DNA from: Archangium sp. | GTDB lineage: Bacteria; Myxococcota; Myxococcia; Myxococcales; Myxococcaceae | Length of the DNA stretch: 29,707 nucleotides | Reading direction: 5' to 3' | Assembly (NCBI GenBank): GCA_031367385.1 | Contig: JANLPS010000468.1 | Span: 1-29,707 of the forward strand | In this document: piece by piece, positions 8,862 through 17,886 of the stretch | Position numbering within the stretch: position 1 is the stretch's first letter | How the letters are laid out: every line of letters begins with the position of its first letter | Notes under the pieces: generated by a model | Told to the model about the DNA's origin: nothing | Databases searched by the model: none | Seen by the model: the letters and a program-made list of their open reading frames with translations, nothing else | Made by a program: the position numbers and the translations under genes

Positions 8862-8948
8862 CCGTTCACGCTGAGGGACTCGAAGCGCACGCGTTGACGT
8901 GAGGTTCTGGTCTTGACGGGGGTCCTTCGAGTCCCTCAGGACGAACGG
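8862..8948. repeat. REP-like extragenic palindrome
   Basis: CTGAGGGACTCGAAG (8871-8885) and CTTCGAGTCCCTCAG (8925-8939) form a perfect 15-bp inverted pair. It is extended by CCGTTC (8862-8867) and GAACGG (8943-8948). Confidence 0.75.
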
Positions 8949-8990
8949 GGTGGGGCACCTCACATGCCATTTTTCCTGTAAGAGCCGCTC

Positions 8991-10379
8991 ATGGCGACTC
9001 AAGCGATCACCGTCATTGGCGGCGGGCTGGCGGGCTCTGAATGCGCGTTTCAACTGGCGCGCCTGGGCCACCAGGTGGTGCTGCGCGAGCAGAAACCCGA
9101 GAAGAAGTCTCCCGCGCACCAGAGCGGCAAAATGGCCGAGCTGGTGTGCTCGAACTCGTTGCGCAGCGACAACCCCGAGAGCGCCATCGGCCTCTTGCAC
9201 GCCGAGCTTCGCCGGGTCGGCAGCCTGATCTTGAGCTGCGCCGACCAGCACCGCGTGCCCGCCGGAGACGCGCTGGCCGTCGACCGCGAGCACTTCAGCG
9301 ACGAAGTGCAGCGCCGGTTGACCTCGCAGAAGCCCCTCACCCTGGTGCCTGGAGAGGTCAGCGCCCTGCCCGAGGGCACCGTGGTGGTCGCCACCGGGCC
9401 CCTGACCAGCCCCGCGTTGACCGAGTCGCTGATGCAGCACACCGGCGAGAAGCTCTACTTCTACGACGCGATCGCGCCGATCGTCGCGGCCGACTCCATC
9501 GACCTGAACATCGCCTTTCGGCAGAGCCGGTACGGCAAAGGTGGGGGCGATGACTACCTCAACCTGCCGATGAACAGAGACGAGTACCACCGCTTCGTGA
9601 CCGAGGTGAAAGCCGGGCAGAAGGTCACGCCCCATGCCTTTGAAGAACCCAAGTACTTCGAAGGGTGTCTGCCGATTGAAGTGATGGCCGAGCGCGGAGA
9701 CGAGACGTTGGCGTTTGGCCCGATGAAACCGGTGGGGCTCGTCGACCCGCGCACCAAGTCGCAGCCCTACGCGGTGGTGCAGCTGCGAATGGAAGACCGC
9801 GCCGGCACCGCGTGGAACCTGGTCGGCTTTCAAACTCGCCTCTCGTGGCCCGAGCAGAAGCGCATCTTCGGCCTGATACCGGGCCTGCAGAACGCCGAGT
9901 GGGTGCGCATGGGCCAGATTCACCGCAACACCTTCATCGACAGCCCGCGGCTGCTCTCAGCTGACTTCTCGCTGAAAACCGAGCCGCGAATCTTCTTCGC
10001 CGGGCAGATCACCGGGGTCGAGGGCTACGTCGAGTCAGCGGCCTGCGGGTACCTCGTGGCCCTGGCCCTGCACGCCCGGTTGACGGGTCAGCCCTTCGTG
10101 GCGCCTCCCGCCACCACCGCGCTGGGGGCGCTGTACCGCCACGTCACCGGCGAGGCGCACCCGACCGAGTACCGCTACCAGCCGACCAACATCGTCTTCG
10201 CGCTCTTCCCTCCGCTCGAGGGGCGCATGAAGAAGGCCGAGAAACGCACCCAGTATTCGGCCCGGGCGCAGCTCGCGTTCGACGGGTGGGCGGCGTCGGC
10301 TCCGCACCCGGTGCTGCCACGGGCGGCGGTGATCGCCGCGGTCGCAGCGGCCGCGATGGCACCCGAGGTCACCGCTTGA
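8991..10379 (+). CDS. trmFO: Methylenetetrahydrofolate-tRNA-(uracil-5)-methyltransferase TrmFO (Gid)
   Basis: [75 protein letters not shown]. Confidence 0.97.
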   Translation: MATQAITVIGGGLAGSECAFQLARLGHQVVLREQKPEKKSPAHQSGKMAELVCSNSLRSDNPESAIGLLHAELRRVGSLILSCADQHRVPAGDALAVDREHFSDEVQRRLTSQKPLTLVPGEVSALPEGTVVVATGPLTSPALTESLMQHTGEKLYFYDAIAPIVAADSIDLNIAFRQSRYGKGGGDDYLNLPMNRDEYHRFVTEVKAGQKVTPHAFEEPKYFEGCLPIEVMAERGDETLAFGPMKPVGLVDPRTKSQPYAVVQLRMEDRAGTAWNLVGFQTRLSWPEQKRIFGLIPGLQNAEWVRMGQIHRNTFIDSPRLLSADFSLKTEPRIFFAGQITGVEGYVESAACGYLVALALHARLTGQPFVAPPATTALGALYRHVTGEAHPTEYRYQPTNIVFALFPPLEGRMKKAEKRTQYSARAQLAFDGWAASAPHPVLPRAAVIAAVAAAAMAPEVTA

Positions 10380-10390
10380 AAGGCACCATC

Positions 10391-12049
10391 ATGTCTCGAA
10401 TGTCGCTGGTCGCGTTGTGCCTGCTGTTCGCGTGCAAAGCCAAGGGGCAAGAAGGCACCGGGGCAGGCGCTCCGGGGTCGACGCGAATGGGGCTGCAGGT
10501 GCCCTCGGCCCGGGTGCCGAGCCAGGGAGAGAAGCGGCTGACCGGTTTTCCCAGTGATGTGCGGGTGGCGCCCGGTGGCAAGGCCGCGGTGGCGATCGTC
10601 GACGCGCAGACGCCCGCGATACCCGGCGTGCCGCCCAACCTCAAGGTCGGTACCCTCTGGGCGCTGCAAGTCGAAGGCACCGCGACCACCAAGATCGTCA
10701 ACGGGGTCAGCAACATGCCCGGCGGGCTGCTCTTTTCGCCCGACGGTCATTACGCCCTGGCCCTGGGCGCGTGGGACCCGCTGCAGCAGAACGGCGAGCT
10801 CTACGTGCAAGATTTGACGCGCTTCGAGGCCGAGAAGAAACGCCTCGCCGCCAAGGTCAGCTACCTGCTGGCCGGCCCTGATTCGAAGACGGTCGCCTTC
10901 GTGGTCGAGGGCGTGCTGCAGGTGGGCCCGCTGCCGGGTGGCCCGTTCAAGCAGGTGGCCGGTGAAGTGGCGACGGCGGAGTTCGCCCCGAACTCGGCGC
11001 ACTTGTACTTTCGGCGCAAGGCCGCGGCCGGGGGAGGGCTGTATCAAATCGACCTGCGCAGCGAGAAATCGGTGCCCAAACGCATCGTCGACCTGGTCGG
11101 TGACTTCGCGGTCTCAGACGACTCGAAGCACATCGTCGCGCTGGCTCGCTCGAACCCCAAGCAGTTCGGCTTCGAGCTGTACGTGGCCGACGCGACGTCA
11201 CTGGTGACTCGCAAAATCTCAGACGACTCGATGAAGTTCGCCATCTCGAAAGACTCGAAGTGGCTCGCGCACATGCAGATCAGCGCGACCAAGGCCAAGG
11301 GCGGCGGCATGAACCCGCAAGACCTCGAGATGGGTGAGCTGATGCTCGAGCCGCTGGGCGGCGGTGAGGGCCGCAAGGTTGGCGCGAGGGTCAAAGAATT
11401 CGAGTTCACCTCCGACAACTCGCGGCTCATCTTTCGCGATCGCTACGAGGCGTTGCCGCTGGTCGCCGACGGCAAGGTCGAAAAGGTCGGAGACCTGACC
11501 ACCGTCACCTTGCCGTTAGGCGAGCCCAAGTTGATTCAGCGCCGGGTGCCGAACTTCCTCGTCTCGCCCGACGGCAAGGCCATCGCGTACACCGTGCGCA
11601 TCGAGCGGCCCGAGTACACGCGGCACCTGTTCATCGTCAAAGAAGGCGAGGCGCCGGTGCAGGTCGCGGAGTGGCTGTACGAGTACCAGTTCACCCCCGA
11701 CAGCAAGACGCTGTTGTTTCGCTCGAACTGCACCCGCAATGGCCGCTCGTGCGACCTGCGCTCGCAGAGCCTCGAGAAGCTCACCACCGAGAAGTCGAAG
11801 GTCGAGGCCGAGGCGACGTACAACTTCAGGCTCAGCGACGACGGCAAGCACCTGGTCTACTCGTACGCGCACACCGCCGACCAATCGTTCGACATCGCCG
11901 CGCTCAACACCCAGAATCACGAGCGCAAGACCATCGACCAGTTCGTGATGATGCCAGCGCTGTTCGGCGGGGCATCGCAGCAGCGCCTGGTGTACCTGGT
12001 CGACGAGAAGAACCGGCCTGGCGTGTACGTGTCGACTGACTTGCCCTGA
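10391..12049 (+). CDS. AglU-like TolB/WD40-type beta-propeller lipoprotein
   Basis: MSRMSLVALCLLFAC lipobox. Repeated blades FSPDG, PDSKTVAF, FAPNS, VSDDSK, ISKDSK, FTSDNS, VSPDGK, FTPDSK and LSDDGK. The position after trmFO matches my recollection of myxobacterial aglU (unverified). Confidence 0.78.
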   Translation: MSRMSLVALCLLFACKAKGQEGTGAGAPGSTRMGLQVPSARVPSQGEKRLTGFPSDVRVAPGGKAAVAIVDAQTPAIPGVPPNLKVGTLWALQVEGTATTKIVNGVSNMPGGLLFSPDGHYALALGAWDPLQQNGELYVQDLTRFEAEKKRLAAKVSYLLAGPDSKTVAFVVEGVLQVGPLPGGPFKQVAGEVATAEFAPNSAHLYFRRKAAAGGGLYQIDLRSEKSVPKRIVDLVGDFAVSDDSKHIVALARSNPKQFGFELYVADATSLVTRKISDDSMKFAISKDSKWLAHMQISATKAKGGGMNPQDLEMGELMLEPLGGGEGRKVGARVKEFEFTSDNSRLIFRDRYEALPLVADGKVEKVGDLTTVTLPLGEPKLIQRRVPNFLVSPDGKAIAYTVRIERPEYTRHLFIVKEGEAPVQVAEWLYEYQFTPDSKTLLFRSNCTRNGRSCDLRSQSLEKLTTEKSKVEAEATYNFRLSDDGKHLVYSYAHTADQSFDIAALNTQNHERKTIDQFVMMPALFGGASQQRLVYLVDEKNRPGVYVSTDLP

Positions 12050-12093
12050 GTTTTTCCAAGCGCCAATGGCAGGCCGCCGGGTAGAACGCCGCC

Positions 12094-13089
12094 ATGCGAA
12101 TCTTAAGCGGCGTTCAGTCTTCGGGCCGGCTGCACCTGGGCAATTACTACGGCGCGATTCGCGAGTTCGTACGGCTGCAAGACGAGGGCGAGGCGCTGTA
12201 TTTCATCGCGAACTACCACGCGTTGACCTCGGTGCGAGACCCGGTGCTGGCGCGGCAGCTGACCTTCGAGACCGCGGTGGCCTTCATGGCGCTCGGCGTT
12301 GACCCCGCGCGCGCGACGCTGTTTCGGCAGAGCGACATTCCCGAGGTGACCGAGTTGTACTGGCTGCTGGGCACGGTGGTGCCGATGAACAACCTCGCGC
12401 GGGCCCACAGCTACCGCGACAAGATCGAGAACAAGGCCATCGAAAATCCCGAGTTCGGCCTCTTCGCGTACCCGGTGCTGATGGCGGCTGACATTCTGCT
12501 GTACGACTCCGACGTGGTGCCGGTGGGCAAAGACCAGAAGCAGCACCTCGAGTTCACGCGCGACTGGGCCACCAAGTTCAACGTGATGTACGTGAAGGGC
12601 TACGACGCGAAGAAGCCAACGAATGGCATCTTCAAGTTGCCCGAGGTGAAGACCCGCGAGGAGACCGCGGTGATCCCCGGCCGCGATGGGCAGAAGATGT
12701 CGAAGAGCTACAACAACACCATCGACTTGTTCGGCACCGACAAAGAAGTCGAGAAGCAGATCAAGTCGGTGAAGACCGATTCTGCCGCGGTCGAGGCTCC
12801 CAAGCCCTTGGTCGACGCGCCGTTGTACGACTTGCTCAAGCTCGTGCTGCCGCCCGACCAATTCGCCGCCGCTGACGTCGAGTGGAAGGCTGGAGGCAAA
12901 GGGTACGGCCACTTCAAGGGCCTGTTGCTCGACGGGTACCACGCCACCTTCGCGGAGCCGCGCAGGCGCTATCAGGAACTGATGGCCGATCCCGCCGAGG
13001 TCGAGAGGTTGCTCAAAGCGGGCGCACAGAAGGCCCGCGGGTTCGCGGCACCGGTCATCTCCCGTGTTCGCGCGGCGGTCGGGCTGTGA
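12094..13089 (+). CDS. trpS: Tryptophan--tRNA ligase
   Basis: LSGVQSSGRLHLGNYYGA (HIGH-type), YPVLMAADILLY, VPVGKDQKQHLE and KMSKSYNN. Confidence 0.97.
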   Translation: MRILSGVQSSGRLHLGNYYGAIREFVRLQDEGEALYFIANYHALTSVRDPVLARQLTFETAVAFMALGVDPARATLFRQSDIPEVTELYWLLGTVVPMNNLARAHSYRDKIENKAIENPEFGLFAYPVLMAADILLYDSDVVPVGKDQKQHLEFTRDWATKFNVMYVKGYDAKKPTNGIFKLPEVKTREETAVIPGRDGQKMSKSYNNTIDLFGTDKEVEKQIKSVKTDSAAVEAPKPLVDAPLYDLLKLVLPPDQFAAADVEWKAGGKGYGHFKGLLLDGYHATFAEPRRRYQELMADPAEVERLLKAGAQKARGFAAPVISRVRAAVGL

Positions 13090-13165
13090 ATAAAGGGGAC
13101 AGGCTGGTTTAAGTGCCGGGCACCCGGGTGGCGCGGTCACTTAAACCAGTCTGTCCCCTTTATTC
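13088..13165. repeat. 28-bp inverted repeat (MITE/REP-like; may act as a bidirectional terminator)
   Basis: GAATAAAGGGGACAGGCTGGTTTAAGTG (13088-13115) versus CACTTAAACCAGTCTGTCCCCTTTATTC (13138-13165): one mismatch, 22-nt loop, between convergent genes. Confidence 0.85.
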
Positions 13166-13639
13166 GACTGTGAAGCTCACCGGCCAGGGGCCGTAGGGTT
13201 TGCTGGGCACTCCGTTGCGGGTCGAGGCGAAGTACTCGCGCTGACCGGCGATGACGCGCACGCGCACCAGGCCCCGCTGACCTGGCTTCAACAGCCCCGC
13301 GTGCACGCAGGCCGCGCCGAGGTGCGAGTCGCCGGTGAACACCTCGGTGCCCCAGACCTCGCCCGAGCTCGCGCCAGTCACATCGAACAGCATCACGTTG
13401 CCGATGTCGTCAGCGGTGATGTGGAGCACTCCGGGGTCGGGGCGCACGCCCTGAATGCGGCGAATTTCGGCTCGAATCGCCAACGCCTCGTCGAGCTCGC
13501 CGGCCCGGGTATGCCGCCCTTGCAGCACCGTGAGCTTGCCCACCGCCTCATCAATGACCTGTTGCACTTCGAGCGTCTGGGCCGAGGCCGCCGACGCGAA
13601 CGAAATCACCACCAAGATCAACGCCTTTGAGCTGAGCAC
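13160..13639 (-). CDS. Secreted LCCL-domain protein
   Basis: GTG 13639 after GGAG, signal peptide ending ASA-Q. LCCL signature VWGTEVFTGDSHLGAACVHAG...YFASTRNGVPSKPYGPWPVSF. The ORF-track extension to 14338 is antisense to scpA. Confidence 0.85.
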   Translation of the reverse strand: MLSSKALILVVISFASAASAQTLEVQQVIDEAVGKLTVLQGRHTRAGELDEALAIRAEIRRIQGVRPDPGVLHITADDIGNVMLFDVTGASSGEVWGTEVFTGDSHLGAACVHAGLLKPGQRGLVRVRVIAGQREYFASTRNGVPSKPYGPWPVSFTVE

Positions 13640-13738
13640 CGGCCTGTGACTCCGGGCGCGAAAATGGTGTTCCACAATGGCCATTGGGGCCATCTGCTGG
13701 TACGAGGCCCAGGCCGATTTACCGGCCCTGGAGCCACA

Positions 13739-14605
13739 GTGACCGACGTGAAGGACGTGAGTCCTGCACCTAGAGATGACGAAGCATTGGGCGAGGTTCT
13801 CGCTCCCCGCGATGCCTTTCGCATTGCGCTGCCCAACTTCGAAGGCCCGCTCGACCTGCTGCTGCACCTCATTCGAGAGCACAAGCTCGAGATTCTCGAC
13901 ATACCGATCGCGCTGATCACCGAAAAGTACCTCGCGCACCTCGACGCGATGCGGGAGATCGACCTCGACATCGCCGGTGAGTTCTTGGTGATGGCGTCGA
14001 CCCTGCTGCACCTCAAATCGCGCATGTTGCTGCCGCGCGAAGAGGTCGCCGCCGGCCCCGATGGCGTCGAGGGAGGCGCCGACAGCCTCGACCCGCGCGC
14101 CGAGCTCGTGCGGCGCTTGCTCGAGTACCAGAAGTACAAAGACGCCTCCGAGTCGCTGGCGAAGAACGACTTGCTCGACCGCGACGTTTTCCGCCGGCGG
14201 GTGGTGGTGCAAGAGGTGCCGCTCGACCCTGAAGAGGTCGGGTTGCAAGAGGTCAGCATCTACAAGCTGATCGAAGCGCTCGATCGGGTGCTCGAGAACC
14301 TGATACCGAAGAAGCAGCACGAGGTCGTGCGCGAGCACCTCTCGCTCTCAGAGGCGATGAACGGCATCGTCGGTAAGTTGCGCGCTGCCGACGGCGATGA
14401 GCTTCGCTTCTTGTCGATGTTCGAAGGCCAGCGCAGCCGCAGCGCGGTGGTGATCACCTTTCTCGCCCTGCTGGAGCTCGCGAAGATGAAGCTGGTGCGC
14501 ATTTTTCAGCAAGAAGACCTCGACGACATTTTCATCACCGCGAAGCCGTCGCTCGCGAGCTACATCATGCCGGCTGCTGAAGAGGTTGACCGTGAGTACC
14601 AATAA
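13739..14605 (+). CDS. scpA: Segregation and condensation protein A (kleisin)
   Basis: FEGPLDLLLHLI, AGEFLVMASTLLHLKSRMLLP, DPRAELVRRLLEYQKYK and VVITFLALLEL. GTG 13739 follows GGAG. Confidence 0.95.
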   Translation: MTDVKDVSPAPRDDEALGEVLAPRDAFRIALPNFEGPLDLLLHLIREHKLEILDIPIALITEKYLAHLDAMREIDLDIAGEFLVMASTLLHLKSRMLLPREEVAAGPDGVEGGADSLDPRAELVRRLLEYQKYKDASESLAKNDLLDRDVFRRRVVVQEVPLDPEEVGLQEVSIYKLIEALDRVLENLIPKKQHEVVREHLSLSEAMNGIVGKLRAADGDELRFLSMFEGQRSRSAVVITFLALLELAKMKLVRIFQQEDLDDIFITAKPSLASYIMPAAEEVDREYQ

Positions 14606-15551
14606 GAATGGCCCGCAGGGGCCCTCGCCGTTCAGCGAAGAAGAGGTCGCCAGCGTCACCCAGGGGCCGGCGGGTGACCCCGAGCTCGATGAGCTCGAAG
14701 CCGCCACGATTGACGCGACTGACATCGAGACTCCGTTCGAGAAGATCGTCGCCAAGGCCCGAAAGCTCTCGGTCGCCCAGGTGCGCAACGTCGTCGAGAG
14801 CGTGCTGTTCGTCTCGGCCGAGGCGCTGTCGGTCGACCAGATTTACGAGGCCACCGGCATCGACCGCGAAAAGGTGCAGAAGGGCCTCGAGGCGCTGCAG
14901 GGCGACCGGCGCGAAGGCATGTCGGGCCTGGTGCTCTATGAGGTGGCGGGCGGGTGGCAGTTTCGAACCGCTCCCGAATCGTCGGAGTTCGTGCGCAGGT
15001 ACCTGAAGGTCAAGCCCCAGCGCCTGACCCGGGCCGCGCTCGAGACGTTGGCGATCTGCGCGTACCGGCAGCCGGTGACCCGGCCCGAGATCGAAGACAT
15101 TCGCGGCGTCGATTCTGGCGCGGTGCTCAAGGCCCTGCTCGACCGCCGGTTGATCAAGATCGTCGGCAAGAAAGAAGAAGTCGGCCGCCCGATTCTCTAC
15201 GGCACGACCAAGGAGTTTCTCGAGTTCTTCGCGCTGCGAGACTTGAACGCCTTGCCCACGCTGCGTGAATTTCACGAGCTGACTGAAGAGCACCAAGAGA
15301 TCGTCGAGCAAGAGGCGCCCAAGCCGAGCGCCGAGGGCACGATTGCCGCGCTGGCAGACCCCGAATTTCAAAAGAAGCTCGATCAGGCCGACAAAGACTC
15401 AGAGGCGGCGCTCGAAGAGCTCGAGAAGGCCATCGACACCGCCGACGTGACCTCGAAGACGGCCGCGAAGATTTTGAACCCCCCTCCGGAGCCGTCATTG
15501 ACGGCGCCTCCTGGCGAGAACCCGCCGCTGCAGCACGAGAGAGAGAAGTAA
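14592..15551 (+). CDS. scpB: SMC-Scp complex subunit ScpB
   Basis: VESVLFVS, EVAGGWQFRT, LTRAALETLAICAYRQPVTRPEIEDIRGV and GRPILYGTTKEFLEFF. Confidence 0.96.
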   Translation: MSTNKNGPQGPSPFSEEEVASVTQGPAGDPELDELEAATIDATDIETPFEKIVAKARKLSVAQVRNVVESVLFVSAEALSVDQIYEATGIDREKVQKGLEALQGDRREGMSGLVLYEVAGGWQFRTAPESSEFVRRYLKVKPQRLTRAALETLAICAYRQPVTRPEIEDIRGVDSGAVLKALLDRRLIKIVGKKEEVGRPILYGTTKEFLEFFALRDLNALPTLREFHELTEEHQEIVEQEAPKPSAEGTIAALADPEFQKKLDQADKDSEAALEELEKAIDTADVTSKTAAKILNPPPEPSLTAPPGENPPLQHEREK

Positions 15552-15554
15552 GCC

Positions 15555-17693
15555 ATGGAGCGTCTTCAAAAGTACCTCGCCCGCGCGGGCATCTCGTCGC
15601 GTCGCGCCGCCGAGCAGTTGATTCTCGACGGTCGCGTGAAGGTCAACGGTCAGGTCGTCACCACCTTGGGCACCAAGGTCGACGGCAACAAAGACCTGGT
15701 CGTGATGGACGGTGCCCCCGTCGTCGCCTCGAATGAGCGGCAGTGGTACCTGTTTTACAAGCCGCCCGGGGTCGTCACCACGATGCATGACCCGCAGGGC
15801 CGGCCGACGGTCGGCGAGTATGTCGAGCGGCTCGAAGGCCGGGTCTTCCCCGTGGGGCGGCTCGATTATGACGCCGAGGGCGCGCTGCTGCTCACCGATG
15901 ACGGCGAGACCGCGAACAAGTTGATGCACCCCAAGCACCAGGTGCCGCGGGTGTATTTGGCCAAGGTGAAGGGCAACCCCGACGATGCGTCGCTCGAGAA
16001 GTTGCGCGGCGGCGTTCGGTTGGAAGATGGGCTCGCCACGCCGACCGAGGTGTCGCGGTTCGAGCGGGCTGAGAAGAATACCTGGCTCAAGATCGTCGTG
16101 ACCGAAGGCCGGCCGCACCTGGTGAAGCGATTGTGCGCGGCGATTGGGCACCCGGTGGTTCGGCTCTACCGGCCGCAGCACGCGGGCATCGGCGTCGAGG
16201 GCGTGAAGCCGGGTGAGTTTCGGCCGCTCACGGTCGACGAGGTGCGGCAGGTGAAGGCGGCGGGCGATGGGCGCAGCTCGGCTCCGAATGAGCTGCGGTT
16301 GCCGGCGCGGCGTCACGGGCATGGAGCCTCGTCGAATGACTCGCCAGCGCGGCCTTCGGGTCGGGCGATGAGCGAGCCTGAAGAGACTGAGGGTGAAGAG
16401 CCCGTGTCGCGGGCTGACACCGAGGCCGATGCGCCGAGGGGTCGGTCGGGTGCGTCCCGTGCGGGTTCAGGTGATTCGCGCGAGCGTTCGGGGGCGTCGC
16501 GCGGGCGTTCGGGAGCGCCCCGTGACGGTTCAGGTGAATCGCGTGGGCGTTCAGGGCAGGCGCGGGCCGAGTCGCGTGAACATGCTGATGCGCGAACTGG
16601 GTCCGATGCATCGCGTGAACGTTCGGGCGAGGCGCGTGAGGGCGCGTATGAGTCGAATGAGCGTTCAGATGAGGCACGAGCCGGTGCCGATGCTCCGCGT
16701 GGGCGTTCAGGGCGGGCGGGTTCGGACGAGTCGCGTGAGCGTTCGGATGAGGCGCGAGCCGGTTCCGATGCGCCGCGTGGGCGTTCAGGGCAGGCGCGGG
16801 CGGGTTCGGATGAGTCGCATGAGCATTCGGATGAGGCGCGAGCCGGTACCGATGCGCCGCGCGGGCGTTCAGGTCAGGCGCGGGCGGGGTCGGACGAGTC
16901 GCGTGAGCATTCGGATGAGGCGCGAGCAGGTTCTGATGCGCCGCGTGGGCGTTCAGGGCCGGCGCGGGCGGGTTCAGGTGCGTCGCGTGAGCGTTCGGCA
17001 CCGCGCGAGCGTTCGGCCTCGTCGAATCGAGATCGCCCGCAAGAGCGTTCAGCTTCTCGGCCCAGCGCGCCGGTGCGGCGGGCTCCTGCGCAGGCCGAAG
17101 CCCCGTCGGCAGAGGGCCCAGCCAGGCCCTTCAGGGCTCCGCGCTTCGGAGCGGCGTTCAAGTCGCGCTCAGAAGCACCCAGTGGTGGCGGTCGCGGCTT
17201 CAAGTCGGCCGGTAAGCCGGTTCGCGAGTTCGACCCGAGACGAGCTCCGAAGCCAGGAGCGCAGGGCATGGTGCGCGGCTCCGACCGGCCTGCGTCGTCA
17301 CGGCCGATGAAGGGCGCCGTGAAGGGCGCTGCGTTCGAGCGTGCGGCGCCTGGCAAGAGCGCAGAGCGAGACACGGGTTTTCGCGGCCGCTCAGCGACGG
17401 GTGACGAGGGCGGGGGCAGCTTCGATACCTCTCCCCGGCCCGAGGGCATGCGCGGCAGCATTCATCGCGGCACCACCGCAGGTTCGCGAGCAGGCGCGGG
17501 CAGCTCAGCGGGCTACCAGGGCACCGGAGTGCCCACCGGCAGAGACCGATTCGCCGCGCGGGCCACGACCAGCGTGAAGGGCGCGTTCGGCAACAAGCGC
17601 CCGGGCTCGAAGGGGCCTCCGCGAGATGCGGGCCGGGGTCCTCCGCGAGGCAAGGGCGGCGGCGGCAAGGGCGGGTTTCGCGGCGGGCGGTGA
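15555..17693 (+). CDS. rluB: RluB/RsuA-family pseudouridine synthase with a long repetitive disordered C-terminal extension
   Basis: S4 domain RLQKYLARAGISSRRAAE, YKPPGVVTT, catalytic VGRLDYD and EGRPHLVKR. Follows scpAB. About 460 aa of low-complexity tail ends in GGFRGGR. Confidence 0.92.
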   Translation: MERLQKYLARAGISSRRAAEQLILDGRVKVNGQVVTTLGTKVDGNKDLVVMDGAPVVASNERQWYLFYKPPGVVTTMHDPQGRPTVGEYVERLEGRVFPVGRLDYDAEGALLLTDDGETANKLMHPKHQVPRVYLAKVKGNPDDASLEKLRGGVRLEDGLATPTEVSRFERAEKNTWLKIVVTEGRPHLVKRLCAAIGHPVVRLYRPQHAGIGVEGVKPGEFRPLTVDEVRQVKAAGDGRSSAPNELRLPARRHGHGASSNDSPARPSGRAMSEPEETEGEEPVSRADTEADAPRGRSGASRAGSGDSRERSGASRGRSGAPRDGSGESRGRSGQARAESREHADARTGSDASRERSGEAREGAYESNERSDEARAGADAPRGRSGRAGSDESRERSDEARAGSDAPRGRSGQARAGSDESHEHSDEARAGTDAPRGRSGQARAGSDESREHSDEARAGSDAPRGRSGPARAGSGASRERSAPRERSASSNRDRPQERSASRPSAPVRRAPAQAEAPSAEGPARPFRAPRFGAAFKSRSEAPSGGGRGFKSAGKPVREFDPRRAPKPGAQGMVRGSDRPASSRPMKGAVKGAAFERAAPGKSAERDTGFRGRSATGDEGGGSFDTSPRPEGMRGSIHRGTTAGSRAGAGSSAGYQGTGVPTGRDRFAARATTSVKGAFGNKRPGSKGPPRDAGRGPPRGKGGGGKGGFRGGR
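16425..17015 (+). repeat. Coding minisatellite: about 28 degenerate 21-bp units with an 84-bp higher-order repeat
   Basis: Heptads such as SDEARAG / SDAPRGR / SGQARAG / SDESREH. TCGGATGAGGCGCGAGC recurs at 16743, 16827 and 16911 (84-bp spacing). Confidence 0.92.
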
Positions 17694-17763
17694 GGCGTCG
17701 CCCGAGGCGACTCTTTAGAACCCCGTGTGAAGTTCGTTGGTTACCTCTTCGCGTGACCGAGAG

Positions 17764-17823
17764 GAACGTGCACATTCACGCCGATGAACGTGCACATTCA
17801 CTCTAGCGAACGTGAGCCTTCAC
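17764..17823. promoter_or_regulatory. Three phased 16-bp quasi-palindromic direct repeats (putative operator array)
   Basis: GAACGTGCACATTCAC at 17764 and 17786 (identical) and GAACGTGAGCCTTCAC at 17808; the period is exactly 22 bp. Confidence 0.6.
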
Positions 17824-17886
17824 AGCGGTCTCACCCGTCTCACCAAGGTGCTCGAGAACGCAGTGAGTCAGACCCGGGGTGGCCGT

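Noticed and set aside
8721..13140. Long antisense ORFs over trmFO, the aglU-like gene and trpS (e.g. 8721..9923, 12103..13140)
   Set aside because: Typical high-GC shadow ORFs opposite well-supported genes
16228..17310. Long alternative-frame ORFs (16228..17001 -, 16393..17310 +) and a CRISPR-like look of the repeat
   Set aside because: Open frames follow from the stop-poor minisatellite. There are no unique spacers or cas genes, and the repeat is in frame within rluB.
17696..17716. Hairpin GTCGCC-CGA-GGCGAC after rluB as a terminator
   Set aside because: Short stem and weak U-tract; too ambiguous to call
17764..17823. Mini-CRISPR or LexA (SOS) boxes
   Set aside because: The 6-bp spacers are far too short for CRISPR, and GAAC-N6-ATTC spacing does not fit the LexA consensus forms I know
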